DNA of 64,000 bases from Rhodothermales bacterium (lineage in GTDB: Bacteria > Bacteroidota > Rhodothermia > Rhodothermales > Bin80): positions 17,995-81,994 of the forward strand of contig JANQES010000094.1 in NCBI GenBank assembly GCA_028278205.1, read 5' to 3'. This document shows, one piece after another, positions 45,987 to 54,500 of the stretch (the first letter of the stretch is position 1; each line of letters opens with the position of its first letter). The notes beneath the pieces are model-generated. The model saw only the letters and a program-made list of their open reading frames with translations. It did not search any database and was not told the DNA's origin. The position numbers and the translations under genes were made by a program.

Positions 45987-46961
45987 TTACAGACTTTGTT
46001 CGAGCAAGAAATTGCAGCCGCGTAGTTCGGCTTGCGAGAGGCGGCCCAGGACTTCGAAGCCGGCGCCGCGTTGCACCGCGCGGTCTTCGGTGAGCAGGGC
46101 CGAGACGGAATAACAATTGGCCAGATCGACGACGGCCAGCACACCGGGCCGGCCTTCCGGCATGACACGGTCGGGGTGTTCGGGATCGACGATGCGGGCG
46201 CGCATCCACGGGGGTGGGAAAAAGACGGGGCCGCCTCGCGTGTAGGCCTGGCTCATCAACTCGCACATGCCGTATTCGCTCCAGATCTGCGCCTCCGGCA
46301 AGGCAAAGCCCTCGGCCAGGCGTCGATGCAGGTCGGCCCGGCTTATCTCGCGGCGATAGGTCTTCATCCCCCCGGTCTCGACGACACGCGCCGTCTCAGG
46401 AAGAACAAAGGCGGCTTCTTCGATCAGATCCAACAACCCGAACGCCGCTCCGAAGAGCAGCAGCGGTGTGCCCTCGGCCCGGCTGTGCGCAACGGCCCGC
46501 TCCAGAACCGTTCGATCCTCCAAAAAAAAGCCGCTGAAATCGTCGCCGTAGCGTCGAATCAAATAATCGACCATGTAGAGCAGCGACGACCGTGTGCCTT
46601 TCTCGGCATAATGCGGCAGATGCGCCACCAGCGTAAAAGGCCCCGGGCCGAAGACCGCCTCGAAATGCGCTCCGACAGACCGCTCGTAGATGGAAAGATG
46701 CCGGACGTAATGTTTGCTCGGCGTCGTACGCCCGGTGCCGCTGCTCTCGAAGACGTGCTCGGCCTCTTGCGCCGGGAAACTGGTCACCGCTGCATGTTTA
46801 AACGCCGCCACCGGCAAGTGTCTTTGATTCTTGCAATAACGTCCATAAACCGGGTTATGTGCCTCCTGAAACGCATAAACCGCCTCGGCCATCGCGTCGA
46901 AACGATCCGGGCGATCTGCGGTGAGCGTCGAGAATTGCCGGGCTACGTCCTCTATCGTCAC
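45987..46961 (-). CDS. LuxE-family acyl-protein synthetase-like protein
   Basis: VFESSGTGRTTPSKHYV, LPHYAEKGTRSSLLYM, VVETGGMKT. Start is uncertain. GTG at 46961 was chosen because upstream codons lie inside the hairpin element. Confidence 0.65.
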   Translation of the reverse strand: MTIEDVARQFSTLTADRPDRFDAMAEAVYAFQEAHNPVYGRYCKNQRHLPVAAFKHAAVTSFPAQEAEHVFESSGTGRTTPSKHYVRHLSIYERSVGAHFEAVFGPGPFTLVAHLPHYAEKGTRSSLLYMVDYLIRRYGDDFSGFFLEDRTVLERAVAHSRAEGTPLLLFGAAFGLLDLIEEAAFVLPETARVVETGGMKTYRREISRADLHRRLAEGFALPEAQIWSEYGMCELMSQAYTRGGPVFFPPPWMRARIVDPEHPDRVMPEGRPGVLAVVDLANCYSVSALLTEDRAVQRGAGFEVLGRLSQAELRGCNFLLEQSL

Positions 46962-46989
46962 GGCGCGTCGGGAGAAAGGGCGTTCCACT

Positions 46990-47069
46990 GGCGAATGGCG
47001 AATAGGAAATGGCGAACAGGGTATCAGAAAATCAATTCCCCATTCGCCATTCGCCACTCGCTATTCGCC
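46990..47069. repeat. Intergenic word-hairpin (GGCGAATG words)
   Basis: ggcgaatggcgaataggaaatggcgaacaggg faces ccccattcgccattcgccactcgctattcgcc. Confidence 0.8.
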
Positions 47070-47076
47070 CTTAAAA

Positions 47077-47691
47077 TCACCCACCAGGATTATTAAACTT
47101 GATGCGGCAGCCGAAGGCTCTCGTCGGCGTCACGTCGGGGGTTTCGCCGTTGGCGAGCATCTCGGCTACCTCGCGCAGGTAGGATCGCTGCACGTTAGCC
47201 GGATCGCCGGGGCTGTCGTCGATGCCGCCGGTGTAGACGAGCGTGTTGGTGCCGTCGAAGACGAAGACGTCGGGCGTGCGAAAGGCCCTGACGGCCCGCG
47301 CAAACTGCGACCCGGCATCGATGACGTAGGGCATGGGATAGTTCTGTTCCAGCCCCACCGAAGCCGCCTCTTGCGGAAACGCCTCCGGATCGTTGGCATT
47401 GACCAGGACGAAGGCGATATCGAGCCCCGCAAACTCCTCGTGCAACGCCAGCACGCGCTCTTCATACCTTTCGGTCCACTGGCAGTTGTTGCTCCAGAAA
47501 ATGAAGATCGTGCCGCTGGCTCCGGCCAGCGCGCCGATGGTCGTTTGCGAGCCGTCGACGTTTTGCACCGTGTGCTCCTGCATGGGCAACGTGGTGCCGA
47601 GCGGTAGAGGCTGGGGTTGCGCCGCAGCCAGCGATACACTCATCAGGAGCAGCACCGCGCTGAGGCTCAACGATCTATAGGTTCTAAACAT
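47077..47691 (-). CDS. Exported thioredoxin-fold (redoxin-like) protein
   Basis: Signal SAVLLLMSVSLAAAQ. Redoxin-like IFIFWSNNCQWTERY. No CxxC pair. Confidence 0.55.
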   Translation of the reverse strand: MFRTYRSLSLSAVLLLMSVSLAAAQPQPLPLGTTLPMQEHTVQNVDGSQTTIGALAGASGTIFIFWSNNCQWTERYEERVLALHEEFAGLDIAFVLVNANDPEAFPQEAASVGLEQNYPMPYVIDAGSQFARAVRAFRTPDVFVFDGTNTLVYTGGIDDSPGDPANVQRSYLREVAEMLANGETPDVTPTRAFGCRIKFNNPGG

Positions 47692-47710
47692 GGTTTCGAC
47701 CTTGTTCAGG

Positions 47711-48217
47711 TTAAGGGTGAAGGGCGTTTAAGACCCTTTCTTTAAGTGCTTCGTAATCGACGGGCGTTCCCTGCCAGAAGTCGGCCAGGGTGCCATTTTG
47801 GCTGTACACAAACGTAGCCGGTAGCACGCCGGTCCAGTCCTGGTGGATGCCGAGGATGAACTCATGATCCTTTCCGGTTCGCAGAAAGGACGCGTCAGAA
47901 TAGCCCTGTTCGGCTAAAAACGCTTCAACAGCGGGCTTTTCCTCCTCAAAATCCATCGATACAAAGAACACTTTCACCCCTTGATCGGCAAGATCCTTGC
48001 CAAGTTGGACGAAGTAGGGGAATTCTTCGATGCAGGGCGCGCACCACGTGGCCCAGAAGTTCACCACGGTCAAGGTTGCGTCATTTTCGTCCAGAAACTG
48101 CTTGAATTGCGTGATGGTCACCTCTTCGACGGCGGATTCCTGCGCCATCGCCAGAGGCGCCGGCAGGACGAGGCTGAGCAAAATGATACAGTTGGTGATG
48201 ATGCGTTTCATGAGCAT
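47711..48217 (-). CDS. TlpA-like thiol-disulfide oxidoreductase
   Basis: Signal peptide and VVNFWATWCAPCIEEFP (CxxC). Confidence 0.8.
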   Translation of the reverse strand: MLMKRIITNCIILLSLVLPAPLAMAQESAVEEVTITQFKQFLDENDATLTVVNFWATWCAPCIEEFPYFVQLGKDLADQGVKVFFVSMDFEEEKPAVEAFLAEQGYSDASFLRTGKDHEFILGIHQDWTGVLPATFVYSQNGTLADFWQGTPVDYEALKERVLNALHP

Positions 48218-48246
48218 TCGGGAGCAGGGTCAACGAAATCTGGGGA

Positions 48247-48310
48247 AGTACTGCGTAGTGCGTCCTGCGTAGGATTGCCACGATCACGCAATACGAAGTA
48301 CGCAAATCCG
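48247..48310. repeat. Word-hairpin, GTACTGCGTA family, copy 3
   Basis: agtactgcgtagtgcgtcctgcgtagg...cgcaatacgaagtacgcaaatccg. Confidence 0.75.
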
Positions 48311-48351
48311 AAGCATGTACCCCGACGTCACAATCAGGGTTTCGCCTCACT

Positions 48352-49935
48352 CTACCGGCTCGCCGGGATTCGAAGGATGGGATACGCGGTCTTTTCGGAC
48401 GCCTCGATCAGGCTCCAGGCGGCCAGGCCGTCGTCGGAGCGGGGTTCGAGCAGGGAGAACGCCAGGCGTCCGAGCGGCTGATCGACCGGGGCGACGAGGG
48501 TGCCTGCGGGCAGGGTCAGACGCGCCGTTTCGTAGGCGCCGAAGAGCGTCTGTGCGCGGTGCCCCTGGTATTCACGCCCGGCCACCTGCACCGAATCGAT
48601 CCGGAACCGCTCGGCCTCAAGCGTCGAGTCGGTTTGCAGCGTCCGGTAGCGGATGCCGTGGACGTCGAGCCGGTCTATCGTCGCCCTCAGGTCCGGGGGA
48701 ATGAGGTAGGCGCGGGGTGCCGTGGACGTCTCGGTAGGCTCGAAGCGACCGTATTCGTGCATCGTCTCGGCCTCGCGCACGTCGAGGCGTTGCCGCAACG
48801 TCGCGCCAGAATAGGGATGTTTGACCTCTTCGACGGCCCCCATCAAGATCTCGACGGGCTCTTCAGAGCGCGCGTGCCGCGCCCGGAGCGCCAGCGCCTG
48901 CCCGGCCACACTCCAGGCATCAGCCCGCCGCGTCATCGCCCGGATACGCCCGGCGTTTTGATGCGCAAACGACAGAACCTCCTCGACGAAATACAACGTC
49001 GCCAGCACCCGCTCTTCGAACGTGGCATAGGCATACGCCTCGCTCAAAATCCCGAAACGGTTGCGCAGGCCCGCATAATTGTTGTTGAAACGCGGGCGAT
49101 GATCGAAGGTGTACCAGCCCCGCTCGGCGGTCGAGTTGCGCCACGGGAGGTTGCCGTAGTAATAATAATCCCACCCGTACATCTCCTTGATGCGCTTCGT
49201 GACGGCGGGCAACCAGTTTTGCCGCAGAAACGCGTCGATGGACGCGGGCGTGTTGGGATGAAGCGGCGGCGAGTACGTCAGATGATAAGCGTGCCGGGTG
49301 CCGTTGGTCGTGTGCAGATCGACGATGACGTGGGGGTCGTAGTCGTTGAACAGGCGGACGAGCGACCGGGCTTCGGGCGAGTCGAGCTTCATGTGGTCGC
49401 GGTTGAGGTCGAGGCCTTGCGCGTTGGGGCGTTGGCCCATGCCGCCGAGCGGCCCGTTCTGGCCGGGCCGGTTGGTCAGGCTGATGCGTTCGTTGCCGTC
49501 GGCGTTGTAGATGGGCGCGGCCAGCAGCACCAGCGAGTCGGCCCAGGCGGCGTGTTGGCCGGCGGCCAGCGCCCGGAGCACCATCAACAAGGCCTCCTTG
49601 CCGCACACCTCGCCCGCGTGGATGTTGGCCTGAATAAACACCCGCGTCTTGCCTGAAGCGCGGACGGCTTCAGGACTGGCACCGGCCACATCGCCATAGA
49701 CCACCAGCGGCAGCGCCCGCCCTTCGCTCGAATACCCGAAGACGGACGTATGAATCTGCTCCGAAGCCAGCCCCAGCACGTCGGTAAAAGCCACCACCTC
49801 GTCATACCGGGAGGTCTCTCGAAAGTCCGTAGCCTCGGCCCGCGTCTCCAGAAACGCCAGATCGATAGACTGCGCAAGGGCTGGTTCTAACAAGAAGAAG
49901 AGCAATCCCGATACGATGAGCCAGGGGACCTTCAT
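48352..49935 (-). CDS. M14-family zinc carboxypeptidase
   Basis: Signal peptide. FIQANIHAGEVCGKEA (HxxE), NRDH, VDLHTTNG. Confidence 0.8.
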   Translation of the reverse strand: MKVPWLIVSGLLFFLLEPALAQSIDLAFLETRAEATDFRETSRYDEVVAFTDVLGLASEQIHTSVFGYSSEGRALPLVVYGDVAGASPEAVRASGKTRVFIQANIHAGEVCGKEALLMVLRALAAGQHAAWADSLVLLAAPIYNADGNERISLTNRPGQNGPLGGMGQRPNAQGLDLNRDHMKLDSPEARSLVRLFNDYDPHVIVDLHTTNGTRHAYHLTYSPPLHPNTPASIDAFLRQNWLPAVTKRIKEMYGWDYYYYGNLPWRNSTAERGWYTFDHRPRFNNNYAGLRNRFGILSEAYAYATFEERVLATLYFVEEVLSFAHQNAGRIRAMTRRADAWSVAGQALALRARHARSEEPVEILMGAVEEVKHPYSGATLRQRLDVREAETMHEYGRFEPTETSTAPRAYLIPPDLRATIDRLDVHGIRYRTLQTDSTLEAERFRIDSVQVAGREYQGHRAQTLFGAYETARLTLPAGTLVAPVDQPLGRLAFSLLEPRSDDGLAAWSLIEASEKTAYPILRIPASR

Positions 49936-49937
49936 GA

Positions 49938-50097
49938 GGATTTTAGATTTTGGATTTTGGATTTTGGATTGGGTGCATTCGAGACGATCCTTAATAAACG
50001 AAAAAGCCGCGACGGTCTAAACCGTTGCGGCTTTTTTCATCAAGCAAATCGGACCGGATCAGATCAATCCAAAATCTAAAATCCGAAATCCAAAATC
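49938..50097. repeat. Composite element copy 2: GGATTTT-word arms around a terminator hairpin (50000-50037)
   Basis: ggattttagattttggattttggattttggattggg ... gaaaaagccgcgacgg-N-ccgttgcggctttttt ... caatccaaaatctaaaatccgaaatccaaaatc. Confidence 0.85.
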
Positions 50098-50100
50098 GTC

Positions 50101-52260
50101 TCAGGCTCGCATCGTGCGGCGTTTGCGTTTTTTGTAGAGCACGTGACCCATCGTTTCGAGCAGCAGGCGTTTGTCGAGGGGCTTTTGCAGGCACTCGTCG
50201 TAGCCGACGGCCATGTAGTGCACCTCGCCGCCGTGGACGGCGTGCGGATCGAGCGCCACGACGGGCACCTGCTCGTAGCCGTTCACCTGGCGGAACGGCG
50301 CCAGCGTCTCCGCCGCCGACTGCGCGTCGCTCAACTCGGTGTCGAGCAAGACCACGTCGTACTGGACTTCCTGAGCACGTTGCAGGGCCGAGACAAAGTC
50401 TGAGGCGTATTCGACGTCGAAGTAAGGCGCCAGGACGTATTCGACGAGGGTGTGGACTTCCTCGCTCTCGTCGGCTACCAGGATGCGGTTGCGCGAGCCG
50501 GCGCGCGGGTGCGGGAAAGCCGCCGGGAACGTCAGCGTAAAGACACTGCCCTCGCCCTTCTCGCTGTCTACGCTGATCTCGCCTTCCATCAGATCGATCA
50601 ACCGCTTGACGACCGACAGGCCGATGCCGGTGCCTTCGAAGTTGCGCGAGAGGCCGCTGCTTTCCTGGTTGAATTCTTCGAACAGGAACGGCAGGAACTC
50701 GTTGCGGATGCCCACGCCCGAATCCATCACGCGCACGTGGACGAACTCCGGATCGCCGTGGACTTCGACGATCACGCCGCCGTCGTTGGTAAACTTGATG
50801 GCGTTGCCGATGAGGTGTTCCAGCACGCGGAACAGGTGCCCCCGGTCGAGCCGCACGAGCACTTCCGGACGCGTGGCCCGCAGGCGTAAGTACAGCTCTT
50901 TGTCCTGCGCCATCGTCGAGAGCGACTGTGCCACCTGCTTGACTTCGTCGACCAGGTTGAAGACCTCGACGTTCATCTCCAGATAGTTCGAATGGAGCTT
51001 CGAGAGATCGACCATCGAGTTGAGCGTGGCCATCAGGCGGCGTCCGTTGCGCAGGATGATATCGACAAACTCGCGCTGTTCGATATCGACATCTTCTTGC
51101 AGAAGCTGGGCGAAGCCGAGGATGCCCGTCAGCGGCGTCCTGAACTCGTGGCTGATGTTGGCCAGGAAAGATTCTTTGAGTTCGACGAGCCGCTCAGCCT
51201 CGGCCTTGACCTCGGCCATCTGGTCTTGATACGCCTTCAACTCGGTCATATCGACGCCGTAAACGATCACCGCCGAGACATCGCCGCGCCGGTCGAGCAC
51301 TGGGTTGAGAATACGCGTGACCGAGCGCATCGCGCCCTCGGCATCGGGAATGATCTCTTCGTAGCTGACCGTGGCCTTGCTGCTGACGGCCCGGCGCCGG
51401 TGCGAACGCCGCCGCAACGCCACTTCGGGATGATACCCCATCTCCTGGCAATATTCGACGGCGGTCTCGCCGACCATGAATTCGCGCAGATCTTTGTCCG
51501 GGATCGCCTTCGGGTTGACGTAGAGGTACTGGCCCTGCGGCGCCATAACGACGACCTCGATGGGCAAGTCTTCGACGAGTTGACGGTGGAATGTTTTAAA
51601 GATCCGCTGCTCGTCTTTGTGCCGGGTAATTTCGTGAAAGGCCGTCAGCAAAAACGGCTCGCCGGCCAGGCTCACCTGCCGCGTCGTCGCCGCCAGGTCG
51701 ATGGGTTCGCTTTCGTCGTGATGAACCGACGCTTCGAATGTGAGCACTTTGCCGGCGGCAATCGTCTCTTTGATGACGTTCGGCTCCAGTTCGGTCTTCG
51801 TCTCGACCAGCGTGTTGAGCGAATAGGCGGTGATTTGATCGCGCGCATAGCCGAACAGGTCGCAGGCGGCGCGGTTGGCGTCGGAAATTTTCCAGCGCAG
51901 GTCCGTCATCACGACGGGTTCGGGGCTTTCTTCGTAGAGGGCGCGTTCTCGGCGGGCCGCCTGCCGGATACGCAAGGCCCAGATCAGCCCGATCAAGGCG
52001 AAGACCAGGGCAAAGCCGGCAAGACCGAGGAGCAACGTCGCCGAGGAGGCGTCCTGAGCCACCGGAGCATCGTCGGCTTCCTGCGGGGTGTCGTCGAGGA
52101 GATTATCGCCGGGTGCAGCAACCACGGAGAGGCTCGCGCCTGGGGTGGCCGGAGCAAGCGAGGCTGCCTCGCCGCGCGCTTGCACGGGCAACATCGCAAT
52201 TGATAAAACCATGAGCAGACCGACCGTGACCCCTAACTGTGCGGCAATCTTACGCTTCAT
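50101..52260 (-). CDS. Hybrid sensor histidine kinase / response regulator
   Basis: TM and PAS regions, H-box ISHEFRTPLTGI, HATPase motifs (GNAIKFT, DSGVGI, GTGIGLSV), C-terminal receiver (ILVADESEE, VVLLDTEL). ATG at 52260. Confidence 0.9.
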   Translation of the reverse strand: MKRKIAAQLGVTVGLLMVLSIAMLPVQARGEAASLAPATPGASLSVVAAPGDNLLDDTPQEADDAPVAQDASSATLLLGLAGFALVFALIGLIWALRIRQAARRERALYEESPEPVVMTDLRWKISDANRAACDLFGYARDQITAYSLNTLVETKTELEPNVIKETIAAGKVLTFEASVHHDESEPIDLAATTRQVSLAGEPFLLTAFHEITRHKDEQRIFKTFHRQLVEDLPIEVVVMAPQGQYLYVNPKAIPDKDLREFMVGETAVEYCQEMGYHPEVALRRRSHRRRAVSSKATVSYEEIIPDAEGAMRSVTRILNPVLDRRGDVSAVIVYGVDMTELKAYQDQMAEVKAEAERLVELKESFLANISHEFRTPLTGILGFAQLLQEDVDIEQREFVDIILRNGRRLMATLNSMVDLSKLHSNYLEMNVEVFNLVDEVKQVAQSLSTMAQDKELYLRLRATRPEVLVRLDRGHLFRVLEHLIGNAIKFTNDGGVIVEVHGDPEFVHVRVMDSGVGIRNEFLPFLFEEFNQESSGLSRNFEGTGIGLSVVKRLIDLMEGEISVDSEKGEGSVFTLTFPAAFPHPRAGSRNRILVADESEEVHTLVEYVLAPYFDVEYASDFVSALQRAQEVQYDVVLLDTELSDAQSAAETLAPFRQVNGYEQVPVVALDPHAVHGGEVHYMAVGYDECLQKPLDKRLLLETMGHVLYKKRKRRTMRA

Positions 52261-52540
52261 GATCGTGGCTGGCTGAGTGTGAAAAGCTCCCGTTAAAGCC
52301 CGTCTCCCCGCACGCCCGAACGACAGGAAGGCAGTTCTAGCTTTCATAGCATCGGCAGAAACGAGCAGGTCTTAAACGGATTTTTTTCCTGTTTTTGGGA
52401 TGCGAGAAGGGGTTGGATGGGCCGTTTGAAAACGTGCACGATGTGTTAGAAAAACGGGGGCGTAGAGACGTTACATGTAACGTCTCTACAACGGTCATTA
52501 CCATTATCTATCTTATTAACAAACAATCACCAAAAACCAG

Positions 52541-54112
52541 CTATTTACCCCTCAGATCCGATTGCAGCGTACGCCGGCTCATCCATCGATTCAACACGAC
52601 AAAGATGCCCATCGCCACGCCCCATTGCACCAGGCACGACATCACACTGAAAGGATCCGTCGGATCGTACCACGTATCGGGGGCATAGACGGTGGCCGAG
52701 AGCCAGAGCCACCAGACCAGGAGCACCACGGCCAGCGCCGGAATCACGTAGGTCATCACCAGATCCCACGGGCGTTTGGCGTTCCAGTCATCGGGCAGCC
52801 CGTCGATGTTTTCCTCACGGAAGCGCGTGGCGCCGTATCGAATCACCGCGAAAGCGACGAACGCGCCCGAAATCATCAACGCCACACCCCAGACGAAATC
52901 CTGGTTTTCAAAAAAGCCGAGGTTGATGGCCGACGGGATGCCCAGCACAAAGCCGGTCGTACACACGCCGACGATGGCGTAGCGACGCACCACGCCGAGG
53001 TCTTCGACGATGCGCGTAACCAGCTTGATCATCGAGATGAGCGAGCTGAAGGCGGCAAAAGAGAGGCCCAGGAAGAAAAGCACGGCAAAGAGCTTGCCGC
53101 CGGTCATCTTGGCAAAGAGTTGCGGCATCCACCAGAACGTCAACCCGGTAGCAGCGGGGCCGCTGGCTTGCATGACGTCGAGTGTACATTCTTGCCAGGT
53201 GGCGGCGTCTGGCTCGCATTGCTCGGTGGTCTTCATCTGTTCCAGTGCGCCGGGCTGCGTCAACTCGGTGCCGAGGATGGCGAACACCGTCCCGAAGATG
53301 ATGATGGCTGCCAGGATCGACACGGTGTTGTTGCCTACGCCCGTGATGAGCGCGTTTTTGACGACGCCGTGCTTGCTCTGCATGTAGGCGCCGTACGTGA
53401 GGATGAGGCCCCAGCCGGCGCCGGTGTCCCAGGCATTTTGCGTGAGTGCTTCCAACCAGATTCTCGGCTGCTTGAGCGTGGCCCAGTCCGGCGTAAAGAG
53501 AAACGCGATGCCTTCCCCCGCCCCCTCAAGCGTCAGGGTCTTTCCCAGCGCGATGAGCACGATCAACAACAGCGTGGGAATAAGCACTTTGTTGACCTTT
53601 TCAATCGACGTGATGCCCTTCCATACGGCCAGTGCGCCCAGGCCCATCGCCAGCGCGTGGAACAGAACCGGGAAGCCGCCGCCCTGAAAATCGCTCCATA
53701 TCGTTTTCGACGTCTCCAGGTCGGAGGGCAGCGCGCCGGCAAGCATTTCGATGAAATAATACACACACCAGCCTGCAACGACGGAGTAGTAGAACATGAT
53801 AGCTGCCGCCACAAACCCGACGAAAGCGCCCATCCAGGCAAATTTCTGCCCGGCGATTTTAATGAACGTGCCCACGACGCCCATCCGCCCTTTACGCCCC
53901 AACGCATACTCGGCGATGATCAGCGGCACGCTCCAGAGCAACAAGAAGATGACCCAGGCGATGAGAAACGCCCCGGCCCCGCCGTCGCCGCTGTTGGTGG
54001 CGGCGATGCGGGGGAAACGCCAGATGTTGCCCGTGCCCACGGCAATGCCGAGCACGCTCAAAAGCAGCCCGAGCCGAGAGGAGAAGTGTTGATCGTTGTT
54101 GTTGGTAGCCAT
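52541..54112 (-). CDS. Sodium-dependent transporter, SNF/NSS family
   Basis: GIAVGTGNIWRFPRIA and about 12 TM helices. ATG at 54112. Confidence 0.9.
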   Translation of the reverse strand: MATNNNDQHFSSRLGLLLSVLGIAVGTGNIWRFPRIAATNSGDGGAGAFLIAWVIFLLLWSVPLIIAEYALGRKGRMGVVGTFIKIAGQKFAWMGAFVGFVAAAIMFYYSVVAGWCVYYFIEMLAGALPSDLETSKTIWSDFQGGGFPVLFHALAMGLGALAVWKGITSIEKVNKVLIPTLLLIVLIALGKTLTLEGAGEGIAFLFTPDWATLKQPRIWLEALTQNAWDTGAGWGLILTYGAYMQSKHGVVKNALITGVGNNTVSILAAIIIFGTVFAILGTELTQPGALEQMKTTEQCEPDAATWQECTLDVMQASGPAATGLTFWWMPQLFAKMTGGKLFAVLFFLGLSFAAFSSLISMIKLVTRIVEDLGVVRRYAIVGVCTTGFVLGIPSAINLGFFENQDFVWGVALMISGAFVAFAVIRYGATRFREENIDGLPDDWNAKRPWDLVMTYVIPALAVVLLVWWLWLSATVYAPDTWYDPTDPFSVMSCLVQWGVAMGIFVVLNRWMSRRTLQSDLRGK

Positions 54113-54143
54113 GGGGGCTGGGGGTTGTTGACGGCTGATGAGT

Positions 54144-54500
54144 GCAACCGCAGATGGACACGGATAAACGCAGATGGTTGGGATGCGGGATTGGGGATGC
54201 GGGATACGAAATGCTGGATACGGGATACGAGTTTTTAGGACACTTCCGCAAGTCCCGTAGGGACGACCTGTTTGTAGAAAAAAGCTCCCCCTCAAGATGA
54301 ACCCCGTAGGGGTGACCTGTTTTTTTACAGGCCGCTCCTACGGAGCTATCTTTTAGAGGGAAACGGGTATACTACAAACAGGTCGCCCCTACGGGGCTGC
54401 TCTTTAGCATCCCTAATCCCGCATTCCAAATCCCCAATCCCGCACCTCAAATCCCACATCTCAAATCCCGTATCTCGTATCCCAAATCCCGTATCCCGCA
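54144..54500. repeat. Nested repeat complex: word arms (CGCAGATG, GGGATRCG) enclosing a MITE-like unit with 24-nt inverted termini
   Basis: Left arms at 54144-54232 and right arm at 54405-54500. Inner termini are cccgtagggacgacctgtttgtag (54254-54277) and ctacaaacaggtcgcccctacgggg (54372-54396), with a third related copy at 54302-54327. Confidence 0.8.
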
